A stretch of DNA of 63,773 bases, filler included, from Octopus bimaculoides (Eukaryota): NCBI RefSeq assembly GCF_001194135.2. It is 5 parts of 4 records of this genome, joined end to end, with 100 filler letters (N's around TTAATTAATTAA, not from the genome) between each part and the next. Parts side by side here need not be neighbours in the genome. Positions count along the whole stretch, not along the records: positions 28,122 to 46,708 come from NC_068983.1; positions 46,809 to 53,535 come from NC_068986.1; 3 more parts are not named here. The stretch is one strand, 5' to 3'. Every line of letters starts with the position of its first letter. Position 1 is the stretch's first letter. A model generated the notes under the pieces. The model ran no database searches. It had not been told where the DNA came from and saw only the letters and a program-made list of their open reading frames with translations. The position numbers were made by a program, and so were the translations under genes. Shown here in pieces: positions 37,436-50,460 of the stretch.

Positions 37436-39310
37436 GTCGTCGTTGTTGTTGTTGTTGTTAAGGCAGTGAGCTGGCAGAACCATTAGCACGCCGGGCAAAA
37501 TGCTTAGCGGCATTTCGTCCGTCTTTACGTTCTGAGTTCAAATTCCACCTCCTTATACCTTCCTTCAAAATTTCAGGCCTCGTGCTTACAGCAGAAAGGA
37601 TCATTATTATTATTAAGGCTGCGGGCTGGAAGAATTGTTAGCACGCCGGGCAGAATGTTTAGCAGCATTTCGTCCGGTTTTACGTTCTGAATTCAAATTC
37701 CGCCGAGGTCGACTTTGCCATTCATTCTTTCAGAGGTCGATAAAGTAAGTACCACTTGAGTGCTGGGGACGATGTAATTGATTGGTTCCCACCTCCAAAT
37801 TTCAGGTCTTGTGTGCTTATATTTATTTATTTTAATTTATGCGCCATTTTCAAGCCTAGCCAGGATCATGGGCCCGGTTTCCCGGTTTCCATGGCGTATG
37901 TGTTCCCCCAGCTGGACGGGACGACAGTCCATCGCAGCGTTACTCAAGAAACAGGAAGAAAGAGTGAGAGAAAGTTGGGGCGAGAAAGTATAACAGGGGT
38001 CGCCACCACCCCCTGCCGGAGCCTCATGGAGCTTTTAGGTCTTTTCTCTCAATAAACACACACAACGCCCGGTCTGGGAATCGAAACCGCGAGTCCGCTG
38101 CCCTAACCACTGGGCCGTTGCGCCTCCACTGTGCTTATATTAGAAAGGATTATTATTATCATTATTTAGTTAGAAGTTGAGGTGCAGCATCCCNNNNNNN
38201 NNNNNNNNNNNNNNNNNNNNNNNNNNNNNNNNNNNNNNNNNNNNNNNNNNNNNNNNNNNNNNNNNNNNNNNNNNNNNNNNNNNNNNNNNNNNNNNNNNNN
38301 NNNNNNNNNNNNNNNNNNNNNNNNNNNNNNNNNNNNNNNNNNNNNNNNNNNNNNNNNNNNNNNNNNNNNNNNNNNNNNNNNNNNNNNNNNNNNNNNNNNN
38401 NNNNNNNNNNNNNNNNNNNNNNNNNNNNNNNNNNNNNNNNNNNNNNNNNNNNNNNNNNNNNNNNNNNNNNNNNNNNNNNNNNNNNNNNNNNNNNNNNNNN
38501 NNNNNNNNNNNNNNNNNNNNNNNNNNNNNNNNNNNNNNNNNNNNNNNNNNNNNNNNNNNNNNNNNNNNNNNNNNNNNNNNNNNNNNNNNNNNNNNNNNNN
38601 NNNNNNNNNNNNNNNNNNNNNNNNNNNNNNNNNNNNNNNNNNNNNNNNNNNNNNNNNNNNNNNNNNNNGTATCGGATCGCCTTGTAATTTGACCGATGTA
38701 TAGGTACCTTTATTTGCTTTGTATTTTATGAAATTTGTTATTATAGGAGCAGACGTAGTTGTGTTAGAAAGTTTTCTTCCCATACATACGGTTTTAGGTT
38801 CAGTCCCACTGTGTGGCACGTCGGTGCTTCTACTCCTGGTGGCAACCAAAATCTTGTGAGTGGATTTGATAGACGGAAACTAAAAGAAGCTCGGCGAATA
38901 TATTATGTGTGTGTGTGTGTGTGTGTCTGTGTGTGTGTGTCTGTGTGTGTGTATGTATGTGCGTGCGTGCATGTGTATGTTTATGTGTGTCTGTCTTTGC
39001 GTTTGTCCCTCACCATTGCTTGACAATTGATGTTGGTCAGTTAACACCCCTGTAAGTTAGTGGCTTGGCATAAGAGACCGATAAGATAAGTATAGACTTT
39101 AAGAAAAGTACTAGTGTCGATTTGTTTGGCTAAACCCGTCAAGGCAGTGCCCCAGCATGGCCGTAGTCCGATGACTGAAACATGTAAAACGCCCTCTTCA
39201 TATAAAATATATCTGTGCGTTTATATTATGTAAAGTATTTGTATAAATTCATTTTTGTAGATGTGCGTAAATTATTACTTTTATTATCTTAATATATCCT
39301 CGATGAAATC

Positions 39311-39720
39311 ATGAAGCATGGCCTCGACGCCGCAGGTTTCCCGTCCCAGTTTGCGCCAGTGGAGCTGGACCAAGAGGAGGGTAAAAGATCAGATGGCATG
39401 ACAATTTTTTCATTCTGCGGCAGTAGGCCCCTCATCTGGGATGCCGTATGCTATGACATCTCCAGTGGTAACCTGGTGTGTACAGTTACTAATCCAGGTT
39501 TCGTTGCATGTCAAATCAAGAAAGGCATACTGTCTAAGTATCGGCCGCTCTCTGATAGATTTGTGGTCGAGCCTGTGGTAGTGGAGAACTCCGGTGTTCT
39601 CGTCCGCCAGAACACATCTCTGCTGTCGGGGCGGAGATGACTATGCGCAACAGTAACGTAGTTAATAGAGGAGCAAGTGAAGAGACCGCTCCCCACGAGC
39701 ACATTTTTCAAAATGCGTGC
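39311..39720 (+). mobile_element. RLE-domain fragment of a CRE-like non-LTR retrotransposon
   Basis: EGKRSDGMTIF..LIWDAVC..KYRPL..FVVEPVVVENSGV resembles the KRPDG..WD.T..KY..P.A.ET.G endonuclease pattern. Confidence 0.6.
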
Positions 39721-39786
39721 CTTTTCAACAATTTTTAAAAACTCTTTAGTTCACTTGTGCGATAAAAGTCGAATTTCTCTCTCTCT

Positions 39787-39822
<36 letters not shown>

Positions 39823-39904
39823 TTAATTGCATGGTCACTGAAGAAGTTTCTGGAATCATTACTTTATTTGACCAACTTCCGATGCCTTTGAACTATTTGC
39901 TCAC

Positions 39905-40055
39905 CTGTTGTGTGTTGGTGGCCGCTGACATCTGAAGAACTAAAACAAACTCTGATGTCATAACATCTCGACATTGGACGATCCTGTGGAGTTTCCTCTT
40001 TCTCACGTCACACCTATATCCGTAGTTGTAAGGGTCATACATAATGACATTGTTA
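39905..40055 (-). CDS. Candidate orphan coding exon, product unknown
   Basis: Acceptor TTTAATTTCACGCTTCAG, 151 nt open in one frame only (NNVIMYDPYNYGYRCDVRKRKLHRIVQCRDVMTSEFVLVLQMSAATNTQQ), donor CAG|GTGAGC. No homology recognised. Confidence 0.3.
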
Positions 40056-40416
40056 CTGAAGCGTGAAATTAAATGAATGTATTACGTAGATTATAACAAA
40101 TCAAATATTTCGCATAATATGAGAGAAATGAGTTTAAAATTGTTTGGTATGTGTCAGGGTACCATTTTTAAACTTTAGAACTTGGCTGCTCCTCTGATCC
40201 GCCAGTGCGCGCCCCTTGAGTCAGAGCAGCTATTCCAGCATGTCTCTCTTGCCATCTTCCAGGACAACACCTTTCCCATCTTGTCCGCTGGTGGACCATG
40301 AGGCAGACTGACTAATCTAGATATTACTTGTTACTTGTTGCCTTACTTAATCTATTATAATTTGTGTTAAGCTAAACCACTTACAAAAAGTATCAAAAGT
40401 TAAGAGAGGGAAGGGA

Positions 40417-40471
<55 letters not shown>

Positions 40472-41611
40472 AGAGCCAATGAAGGGACTTTGGGATAGTG
40501 GATATAAGCATTGGTAAAGGGTTTAGTGTTTAGTTCAGCTAATAGCCTCGAATTAAATTCCTGGGTGACTCAGTATATATTTTGGTAAAAACCGAACGAA
40601 CAAGAGATTCCTTAACTAGGGGAGCAACTAATAGGAGGAATTTTCTTGGCATGGATAACGAAATGAGAATAGTCTACCCCCGTAGACTTAACGAAAGTTT
40701 TGGAGACGTCAGTGTCTCATCTTCAGTTTCTTTTATATAAAACCATATATGTACAACTTGATTCTCTTTTTGTATATGAAAGAGGCCTGGTAACAGAAGG
40801 AGGTAGATTAGTAGAATCGTTGGAGCACCAGGAGAAAATAGCAGACGATATTTGTTCCAGTTCTTAACGTTCTGAGTTCAGATCCTTCCGAAATCAACTT
40901 TGGCTTTTATACTTTCTTTTGTCGATATAAGAAAGTATCAGTCAAGAACTGAGGTTGATATAATCGGCAAACCCCTCCCCGAAATTTTCAGAAAATCCTT
41001 CAGCTGCCAACATTCAATCTATTGTGGTCTCGGAATTCTGTCGCTGACAGTGCACAGGCACACTCTCAGATTGACAGACCTGCAGAAATATCTGGATTAT
41101 GGCGACGGTGATGACGTTATCGAAAACGAAGGCGAATTGATGTGGGTGCTTTCGAGTAACAACTAAAGTGGACGTGTGGCATCTAGAATGTTATTGTAGC
41201 AGCTGGACAATGCTGTGGGCGTGAAAACAATTCTCACATTCTTATAGAGAGTTAGTGAAAGGTAATAGCGACGATGAAATGGAAACAAATCTGAATGTCC
41301 GGAATACTTCCAAAACTTCCTTGGTGTAACGGAACTACAAAGAGGTACTACTTGTTCAAGACAAGTTCTACAAGAAGTGTCAAGAATCGAATCTGTCAAA
41401 GATGCGAGGCAGGGCGACAAGACTGTCCTGCACACTATAATTCAGTTGCTATGCATTACCGATTTTTAGCTTGTATAGAACAACTGTTGTCGCGAGCAGG
41501 ACGAATCCAGCTATTAGCCAAATCTAGAGAAGAAAGATGCGCCAATTTCCTATTATTGGTAAGGGAGGCTAGTTTTCTTCTCCCTCGTGACTATGCCGAC
41601 AAAACGTTGAA

Positions 41612-41690
41612 GTTTTGAAGACATACATTTTCGTCTAAAGGTTTTGAAGACATACATTTTCGTCTAAAGGTTTTGAAGACATACATTTTC
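41612..41690. repeat. 29-bp tandem repeat x2.7 (GTTTTGAAGACATACATTTTCGTCTAAAG)
   Basis: Two exact units plus a partial third. Confidence 0.9.
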
Positions 41691-42801
41691 CTCTCCGACG
41701 AAGCTCTTGTCAATTTCTCCAAATAATATTTTAAGAGGGCTGTAAGAGTAAAAATGGTTTTAGATGCCTTCAAACGTGTTTAATGCAAGGTTATTGGAAT
41801 TGCAAAATTAGTGATGTTGAAGGAGCCTACTCTAAATATGTTTTTCTAATCAGGGAAAAAGGAACTGGTAAAGGACATTTTTGTGGCCTCAGATGTAATA
41901 TTTCCACCAAACTACTCATGGTGGTTTTGGAGAACTCTTCTATTTGAAATTTTTTTGTTATACCTATGTTTTCATTAACTTTATTTTTACTCGATGTAAG
42001 CTCAAGTCATAAACAAAAACAACAGCATCAGCTGCAAAAGATAGCAAAGACAGCATTTTGCATATGGAAGGTCAAAGCTCAAAAAATTGCTCTGATAGAC
42101 GATAGTACTTGTAAAAACAATAACATCATTAGCAAAAACAACAACAACAACAACAATATACCTTGACGACCTGTTACGGCTCTTGGCCAAGGATGCAGAG
42201 TTCTGTGAAAGGCCGATAACCGCTGAAGAAATACACGAAGCGATTGCTGGCTGCGATTGCTGGCTGCACGAGGAAGAAGTTTCAGGGGCTGGATGGCCTG
42301 CCTACCGACCTCTCCCTTCAAATGCCACGCTTGTTCTAGGGCTTCTTGGTAGATGTCTGCTGCAACTGACATCAAAACAGGAGGTATAATGGTGCTGCTG
42401 AGAAAAGACTCATACAATGAGGAATAGTTTTTTTTTAAAGTTCAGATACGTAACTCTGTTAAATGCAGAGTCGAAGATCTTGGCCAAAGTGTTAGTAAAG
42501 AGGTCGGTCCTTGTCCTTGATACTCTGGTAATTGAACCATTCTATCCACAGATCTATCCATGACAATCTCTACATCATGTGATACATCATAGATAGGGTT
42601 GGTAAAGAACCTAGAATAGATAGGGCCCTGATTAGCTTAAATCAATCAAAAGCTTTCGGTAGGGTTGGCCACCAATTTTTAGCGACTGTCGTCACAATGG
42701 CTGCCTTCCTGGCGGCTGGTTTCGGCCCCATCTTCAAAGGTTGAATCGATGTAATGTACAGCAACATTTACTCAGTGCTCAGAGTAAATGATCATCTATC
42801 A

Positions 42802-43087
42802 CAGTGGTTCTCAAACTTTTCCAGGCTGCCGCCCCCTTTGTTCTAAGGCCATATTCCTAGTGTACCCCACCATCACTCACCATCACAGACATAGACCATT
42901 TTCTGCAGCAAATTCAAAACAACAGTATTTAAAAAAAAAAACTTAACCTAATTAAACCCTTTTTTTTACATTCATCGCCCCGTTTTGGTCACCCCATTAC
43001 AGCCCCATTTTTCTTCAACTCCCTCCTGGGTCTTTCCACCGCCTCCCACCTCACCAGGGGTGGTACTGCCCACTTTGGGAACCATTT
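42802..43087. mobile_element. Non-autonomous hAT MITE inserted in the Tx1 RT
   Basis: Starts CAGTGGTTCTCAAACTTTT, degenerate right end ACTTTGGGAACCAT. Interrupts sequence that is contiguous in the 22600-22650 Tx1 copy. Confidence 0.65.
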
Positions 43088-44835
43088 AGTATCATGAATT
43101 CGATCCGTTTAGGCTACCTCCTCTCGTCCCCGCTGTATGTTTCAAGGGTCATTCTGCATGAATTAGAATGTGGATGAGCTGTGTCAGCATATACGGTGAC
43201 GGTACCTTAATAGTGTCGGATAACAAACACATCGAGGTGATCGACACTACTCTGAAGGAATACAAAGCGGTGACAAGAGCAAAGATTAACCAGAACTTTG
43301 GGGAGAGGGGCACAGCTCGGTACCTGGAGAGGCAGATCCATGCCACCCGACAGCGTTGTGTGATGCTGGATAGACGGACCAATTAAACTGCTCGGAGTCT
43401 GGTTTGGTCCATACCTCCACGTGAACAGAAACTGGAAACTGGGGTGAGGTGACTAGCAATCTAGCTATTCTCACCCAAAATGATCTGAGAGGAAACCATT
43501 CCCGAAGGGGATAGTTTCCTCTCAGTTTCCGAATGCCTACTTCACATCTGTCATCTATTACCACTCGACCACCATTCCTTACCCCGCTTCATTGCTGACA
43601 AAAATGGAGCGCTTGCTCTTTCACTTTCTGTGGAGGAGACGGGTTTCACTGTTCAGTCAGGTCATTTACTGTCAACATTCACAACGTAGAATCTGTGCAT
43701 GCCAAGGCTAATAATGGACAGACATGCACTAAGGCTACTTCATCTGCAACGTTTCCTTGACGGCTAGCAGGTATAGTCGCCATTTGTCAGACTCGCTTTT
43801 CCACAACTCATCTCTTTGATTGAGCTGCAGTCTTGGATCATGCTTAGACCGAGGAAGGGTGCTTAGCATCCAGACTGTCGTTTGCCAGTCGGGCATTACA
43901 ACCAGTGGAGACATCACTATAGCGCTTAATAAGGGATTAGTGTCGGGCAAGATCGAAATATGCTCGCGGAGACTCTGGACGTCAACGAAAATCAGCTGGC
44001 TGATCTGTTCCGGGGGACTTTCGGTCCAAGGCCAATGGATAATTTACTGAGATCCTTCTGCTGGGATGGGTATTGCTGATAAAGTGAACCTGCCTAAAAT
44101 GCAAGTAGTTCGAGGAAACTGTCATGCACGCACTTCTAATGAGACCGAGAAATGCGTATTTTTGGAGATATGTTGAACAAGTGCTATCGCATATAGGACG
44201 GATCCGGTCATCGGCAGGCTCCAGTGTGAAGATTATATCGCCGCCTTCTGTGACTGGGAAGGATAGGCAGTTTTCCCCTGCCTGGGGACTAATACGAAAG
44301 AGGTTGTGAGGTGGACGAAAGTACAAAGACTGGAAACAGACACCTTCGTCTTCGGTCAGACACTCANNNNNNNNNNNNNNNNNNNNNNNNNNNNNNNNNN
44401 NNNNNNNNNNNNNNNNNNNNNNNNNNNNNNNNNNNNNNNNNNNNNNNNNNNNNNNNNNNNNNNNNNNNNNNNNNNNNNNNNNNNNNNNNNNNNNNNNNNN
44501 NNNNNNNNNNNNNNNNNNNNNNNNNNNNNNNNNNNNNNNNNNNNNNNNNNNNNNNNNNNNNNNNNNNNNNNNNNNNNNNNNNNNNNNNNNNNNNNNNNNN
44601 NNNNNNNNNNNNNNNNNNNNNNNNNNNNNNNNNNNNNNNNNNNNNNNNNNNNNNNNNNNNNNNNNNNNNNNNNNNNNNNNNNNNNNNNNNNNNNNNNNNN
44701 NNNNNNNNNNNNNNNNNNNNNNNNNNNNNNNNNNNNNNNNNNNNNNNNNNNNNNNNNNNNNNNNNNNNNNNNNNNNNNNNNNNNNNNNNNNNNNNNNNNN
44801 NNNNNNNNNNNNNNNNNNNNNNNNNNNNNNNNNNN

Positions 44836-44876
<41 letters not shown>

Positions 44877-45289
44877 GTGTTAGTTTGGTTTTCGAGGACG
44901 GAGGTTGTGTCTATGGCTCTCAAAAAAACCCTCACTGGCCTTCGTAGATCGGTGAGATCGATACGGTTAAACCTTTGATTAATTGATTAAATGTAAAAAA
45001 CCTTTTACTAAAGAAGACTTACGTCAGTCAAGCCATCGAAGTGACTGTAGTATAGTATTGTTACTAAAATCGACTCGAAATAATGCTGTGATAGTTTTTA
45101 ACATAAAGTAATATTAGCATAAGCAGTATTATCATAAAGTAGAATTAATTTGGGTCTATCAAGATAGCTTAATGTGTTGCATCTTGTAGCCTCTACTCAT
45201 GATTTTAGTCACTGATTGTTACAGCGTACAGGTGGAAGCGGTTCTCGAGTCACAAGACAAATAAATCACATACATACATACATACATGT

Positions 45290-45670
45290 TGTTATTGGCT
45301 CTACATCGCTTACGACGTCGAGGGTTCCAGCTGATCCGATCAACGGAACAGCCTGCTCGTGAAATTAACGTGCAAGTGGCTGAGCACTCCACAGACACGT
45401 GTACCCTTAACGTAGTTCTCAGGGATATTCAGCGTGACACAGTGTGACAAGGCTGGCCCTTTGAATTACAGCCACAACAGAAACAGGAAGTAAGAGTGAG
45501 AGGAAGTTGTGGTGAAAGAGTACAGCAGGGTTCACCACCATCCCCTACCGGAGCCTCGTGGAGCTTTAGGTGTTTTCGCTCAATAAACACTCACAACGCC
45601 TGGTCTGGGATTCGAAACCGCGATCCAATGACCGCGAGTCCGCTGCCCTAACCACTGGGCCATTGCGCCT

Positions 45671-45672
<2 letters not shown>
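45290..45672 (-). mobile_element. Full-length tRNA-derived SINE (same family as 36390-36768)
   Basis: Reverse-complement match along the full length, embedded in CA/CATA microsatellite. Confidence 0.85.
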
Positions 45673-45707
<35 letters not shown>

Positions 45708-46189
45708 TACATACATACATACATACATACATACATACATACTGTTATGACGTGGGTATACCCGTCTGATGTAAAATGGTATTACACAAATAAATAGTTG
45801 GTTTGTGGTTATCTAAAAATAACATGTCGCAGAAATATATGTTAAGACAGAACGCATTCCGTACTACTCGAACGTAGATACAATATTCAGTATTCACTGT
45901 TCAACTGCCGACTGTTAAACTAACACACGTCGAGCTAACACGGTTAACCAACATGATCGGATTAACACCGTCAGTTATACTCCTGACAGTTCACTCGGTT
46001 CTTATTATACATACATACATATGGAGCACTTGGGTTTGTAAGTAAATGCCTAACTGTCAGTCTGGATAAGCTTGGATTTTCAGAAAAAGAAATCAACCGA
46101 CTCGCACATGACAAATACAAGCTGTAAGCGGAACAGTAAAACGATGCAAGACTTTACTTAGGTATGAAATGTGACATTTTCGTTATCTC

Positions 46190-46495
46190 CATTCCAAAGA
46201 CGAAGCTTTATATCTTTGATAGAAACCAGCTTCTTCTTCAGAGGAAGAATTTAAATGATTAAATACAGAAGATACATACATACATACATACATACATACA
46301 TACATACATACATACATACATACATGTTCAGGTTTATACCTGTAATTATTGGGGCTCTGGGAGATGTAACACACTGCCTAAATACCAATCTTAAGAAATT
46401 AGGCTTCTCAAAACCAGAAAGGAGAAAGCTAATTCGAGGGCTACAGATCCAATCCATCACTGGAATTGTAAAAAATCTTTTAAAATTTCCCGAAG
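46190..46495 (+). mobile_element. RLE-type (R4/NeSL-like) LINE 3' fragment split by (CATA)n
   Basis: FRFIPVIIGALGDVTHCLNTNLKKLGFS..LIRGLQIQSITGIVK. Confidence 0.7.
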
Positions 46496-46501
46496 TTTAT
46501 C

Positions 46502-46540
46502 ATCTATCTATATATATATATATATAAAAATGAGAATGTG

Positions 46541-46575
<35 letters not shown>

Positions 46576-46708
46576 GTGTATCCCTAAAACTCAAGAACTA
46601 CGCAACCAATTTCATTCAAATTTTACACATGCCTTACTTAGGGTTCCAGTTGTGTTTTAGTCAAAAAAATGTTTTAACTTCTTGCAGAGTTCGAGCCCAC
46701 GGCAACAT
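46502..46708 (+). mobile_element. Helitron/DINE-1-like non-autonomous element 5' part with (GTCT)n
   Basis: TC(TA)nAAAATGAGAATGTGTG-(TCTG)n-..AACTACGCAACCAATTTCATTCAAATTT resembles Lep1/DINE-1-like 5' modules. Confidence 0.5.
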
Positions 46709-46808
46709 NNNNNNNNNNNNNNNNNNNNNNNNNNNNNNNNNNNNNNNNNNNNTTAATTAATTAANNNNNNNNNNNNNNNNNNNNNNNNNNNNNNNNNNNN
46801 NNNNNNNN
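46709..46808. other. Artificial scaffold linker
   Basis: 44 N + TTAATTAATTAA (46753-46764) + 44 N. Confidence 0.9.
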
Positions 46809-46831
46809 ATATATATATATATATATATATA

Positions 46832-46860
46832 CTAGAAGAATACCCGGCGTTGCTCGGGAT
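46832..46860 (-). mobile_element. Helitron 3' terminus (GC hairpin + CTAG)
   Basis: Minus strand CCCGAGCAACGCCGGG (46858-46843), then TATTCTT-CTAG followed by T. Confidence 0.6.
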
Positions 46861-48079
46861 TAAAATAGCATAGTTTGTATATATAGTACAGTTAAGTTAA
46901 AACATATGATACGGGAAAGTGCAGCAGTGACGACAAAATATTTGTGGGGTAAGTGAAGGGTCAATTCTACTAAGTGATATGCCATGCGTCTGTGTGGAAG
47001 ATTCCAGGCCCTAACCTTGTCACGGAAAAGTGGTTGTGGGAGTATGTGATTTTTGAATGCACCAAAAAGCTCTCAATGGATATATTTCCTTTGCGGCTGT
47101 CAGCACTGCTGCTACCTCGCCGAACAATCAGCAGACATAGGAACATCTATGTGATAAATTAAGCCTGTGGGCGCGCTCAACAGCACCACATGAGAGAAAT
47201 CTACATGAAATGAAAGGAATGACGTGGTACGGAGGGATTGGCAAGGAGGCGCTTGAAAATAACACTGTCATGTTCATATTTCGATTTGGAATCAATAGTC
47301 ATGGTTCAACAGTGCACTTCTTTGCGTATATATACACTAAACATACAGACGCAGGTATATGGCTACATACATATACAGACATATATGGGCAAGACATAAA
47401 TATATACAAATGCATATATGCAGGAATGGCTGTTTGGTAAGTAGCTTGTTAACGAACCACATGGTTCAGGGTTCAGTCTCACTGCGTGGCAACTTGTGCA
47501 AGTGTCTTCTACTATAGCCTCGGGCCGACCAAAGCCTTGTGAGTGGATTTGATAGACGAAAATTGAAAGAAGCCCGTCGCATATATATATATATANNNNN
47601 NNNNNNNNNNNNNNNNNNNNNNNNNNNNNNNNNNNNNNNGAGACCCATAGAATAAGTACTAGGCTTACAAAGAATAAGTCCTGGGGTCGATTTACTCGAC
47701 TAAAGGCGGTGCTCCAGCATGGCCGCAGTCAAATGACTGAAACAAGTAAAAGAGTAAAAGAGAGTATATGTATGCACGCACACATACGCACGCGCACAAA
47801 ATCTCATGGCGTATGCTTATACAAGTTAGTTGTTACAGGCGAAAGAAAGAGAAGAAACAAAATCAGATAATAATAAGTGGGAAAGAAAATGGAAAAGAAG
47901 AAAAAGAAGAAAAAAAAAAGAGAAACGTTTATATTTTTTCCGCCTTGTTTCGCATTTATGTGTTTGCTTTGGTATATATAAATGTAACATTTCGAACAAC
48001 AAATGAATGTATGTATTGACATGAGGTCATTCAACCACGTAATGACTCTCACATCTTGTAATAATCATAATACATAATA

Positions 48080-48376
48080 ATGGTTTCAAATTTTGCCACA
48101 AGGGCAGCTATTTTGGTGAGGATGAGTCGACAGGCAAAATACCTATTTCGTTATTGCCCACAAGGGGCTAAACATAGAGGGAACAAACAAGAACAGACGA
48201 ACGGATTAAGTCGATTACATCGACCCCAGTGCGTAACTGGTACTTTATTTATCGACCCCGAAAGGATGAAAGGCAAAGTCGACCTCGGCGGAATTTGAAC
48301 TCAGAACGTAACGGCAGACGAAATACCGCTAAGCATTTCGCCCGGCCTGCTAACGATTCTGCCAGCTCGCCGCCTT
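48080..48376 (+). mobile_element. Octopus-type SINE
   Basis: GGTTTCAAATTTTGCCACAAGG..TCGACCCCGAAAGGATGAAAGGCAAAGTCGACCTCGGCGGAATTTGAACTCAGAAC..GCCAGCTCGCCGCCTT. Confidence 0.8.
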
Positions 48377-50460
48377 CGTAATAATGATAATAGCTTGATT
48401 TTTCCTTCAGAATCTAATCAAGCTTATTGCTTGTTTTCCACTTTTCATTGTATGTTACTATATTTTGTATAGGTAACCAATTGCAATAACACAGAATTCC
48501 AATGCATTATTAGAAAACTCCCAAGGATACGAAACCCTGGTAAGCAGTAACTGTTATCTCGGGAATCACTATTTTCTTACGCTTGTATCGTTGCTTGTTA
48601 ACTTGTCTGTTTTTCAGTCTTTTCTCTATTTTTCAGTAGCCTTTCGGCAGCGCTTAGAAGGGGTCGGTAAAGTTTATTTTTACCTTCATTATTATAGTTA
48701 TTGGTTAACTTTTTATATAGAATAAAATGTGTGGCTGGTAAACATACGTCTAGCTTTGTTTAGCCCATTAAAAACAATGCAGAAGAAGAGAAAGAGTTCA
48801 TGAAACTTCCAGATCCTTTTAGATGTGGTAGATTTCATGAGGTTATCGTACAGTCTGAAATCTAAAGTCTGACGCCGCTAAGAAAAACGCATGGGCAGAG
48901 TTAGAAACTTCAGAGGGTTGAAATTCTGACGGAGCAAATTTTGGATAGGTAATTTTTTTTTAATGCACTGGGTTGGTGCAAAGCTATTTTAACGGGTGAG
49001 CCATCGGAGTCATCCTTCCAGATCAACATTCTGATCTGTCACTCATTAATTCATCAATTATGCAAAAACTAATACTTCACCAGTTTTTGTTCTATTTTCT
49101 TTGATGAATGGGCTGTTACCTCTACGCTGACGACTCCACGCTGTTTTCATTTGTGAGGAACCGTTGCAAAATTGACTAAGTTAAACAGTCCTTTTTATAA
49201 TGAATGCCTGTACTGCTGATTAGAAAGGTGACATTTTAGCCACCAAAATATAAAGGGAAAAAAAAACATGAAACCTTGCATAGCTCTTTGAGAATTGTAA
49301 ATTTCCTATACTAAAGCACCTCCAGCTTCTGGATGTAACTAAATACAGCAAGCTGGTGTGGATAGAACATGTTTCCACAGGTGCCGCCTAAATCCGTGCA
49401 TCATTTCTTCAGTATTCCCATCTGAATTTTCTCAAAGCCGGTGGCTTTGTCGGTTTCATTATTTTCATAATATCGTTTGTCATGAATTTTACGTTTTGTT
49501 GTGTTTGTATTAAAATCAGAAAATTGTGTTGTCAATGGTAACCAGTCATCAACATCGATGACAATCGTTTTGTTTTTTATCTCTTGCGTGTGAAGTTCCA
49601 GTGTGTTTGATAAAGGGGATAATAATATAGTGGCCGGTTCTTCCAGAGAAAAAAATAGGAAGAAAGAAAGAAAGAAAGAAACAAACAAACAAACAAACAA
49701 ACAAACAAAGAATAAGAGAGTTTACAATATTATTTTTCGTTAATGATGCTATAGCTCGTTCAATGTTATCTTAGTCTGGTACTGTAATTTAATTTTGCGT
49801 GACTCTTTATTTCTAGTTGTTCTTCGCTTTCGTATATTTTCTTTTGATCCCTGGAGTATTCCATTTCTTTCACTGACAGAAGAGTCAGACTAGCATTTTA
49901 ACAAATGATTTTGTTTGCAATGAAAATGTCCATTGCTTTATAAGCCGTGTTTAATATATAATTAATAACGTTTTTAGCTGTAATGAGCCTAAAAGCCATT
50001 AATGTTATGGAAAATTTATCTCATAAGGAATAAGAGAGAAAACTCATGTAATTACGAATGAACAAAAATTGAATGGAAATATGCACGATGGGTACAATGG
50101 CTTTCTTTTTTTGGCATCTATGGCCACAACATTCGACACGTTTCAACCTTATTTAACCTCTAAAACAAGGAAAATCAATACGTAGCTACAAAGATCTTTA
50201 AATGACAAATATATGTCAAAATATTTCACTAATTTCGAGGTGCTGTGGTAAGTGGTAAGTGTGGCTTTGTGGTAAGTAGCTTGCTTACCAACCATATGGG
50301 TCCCGGTTCAGTCCCACTTCGTGGCAGCTTGGGCAAGTGTCTTCTACTATAGCTTCGGGCCGACCAAAGCCTTGTGAGGGGATTTGGTAGACGGAAACTG
50401 AAAGAAGCCCGTCGTATATATAAGTATGTGTGTGTATGTTTGTGTATGTGTGTGTGTGTG

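Larger units (their letters stand above)
41200..44366 (+). mobile_element. Degenerate Tx1/L1-clade LINE (ORF1 knuckle remnant plus ORF2 RT region)
   Basis: RICQRCEAGRQDCP (knuckle-like), CERPITAEEIHEAI, TLLNAESKILAKVLVKR, ALISLNQSKAF and VSIYGD. Many lesions. Confidence 0.75.
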
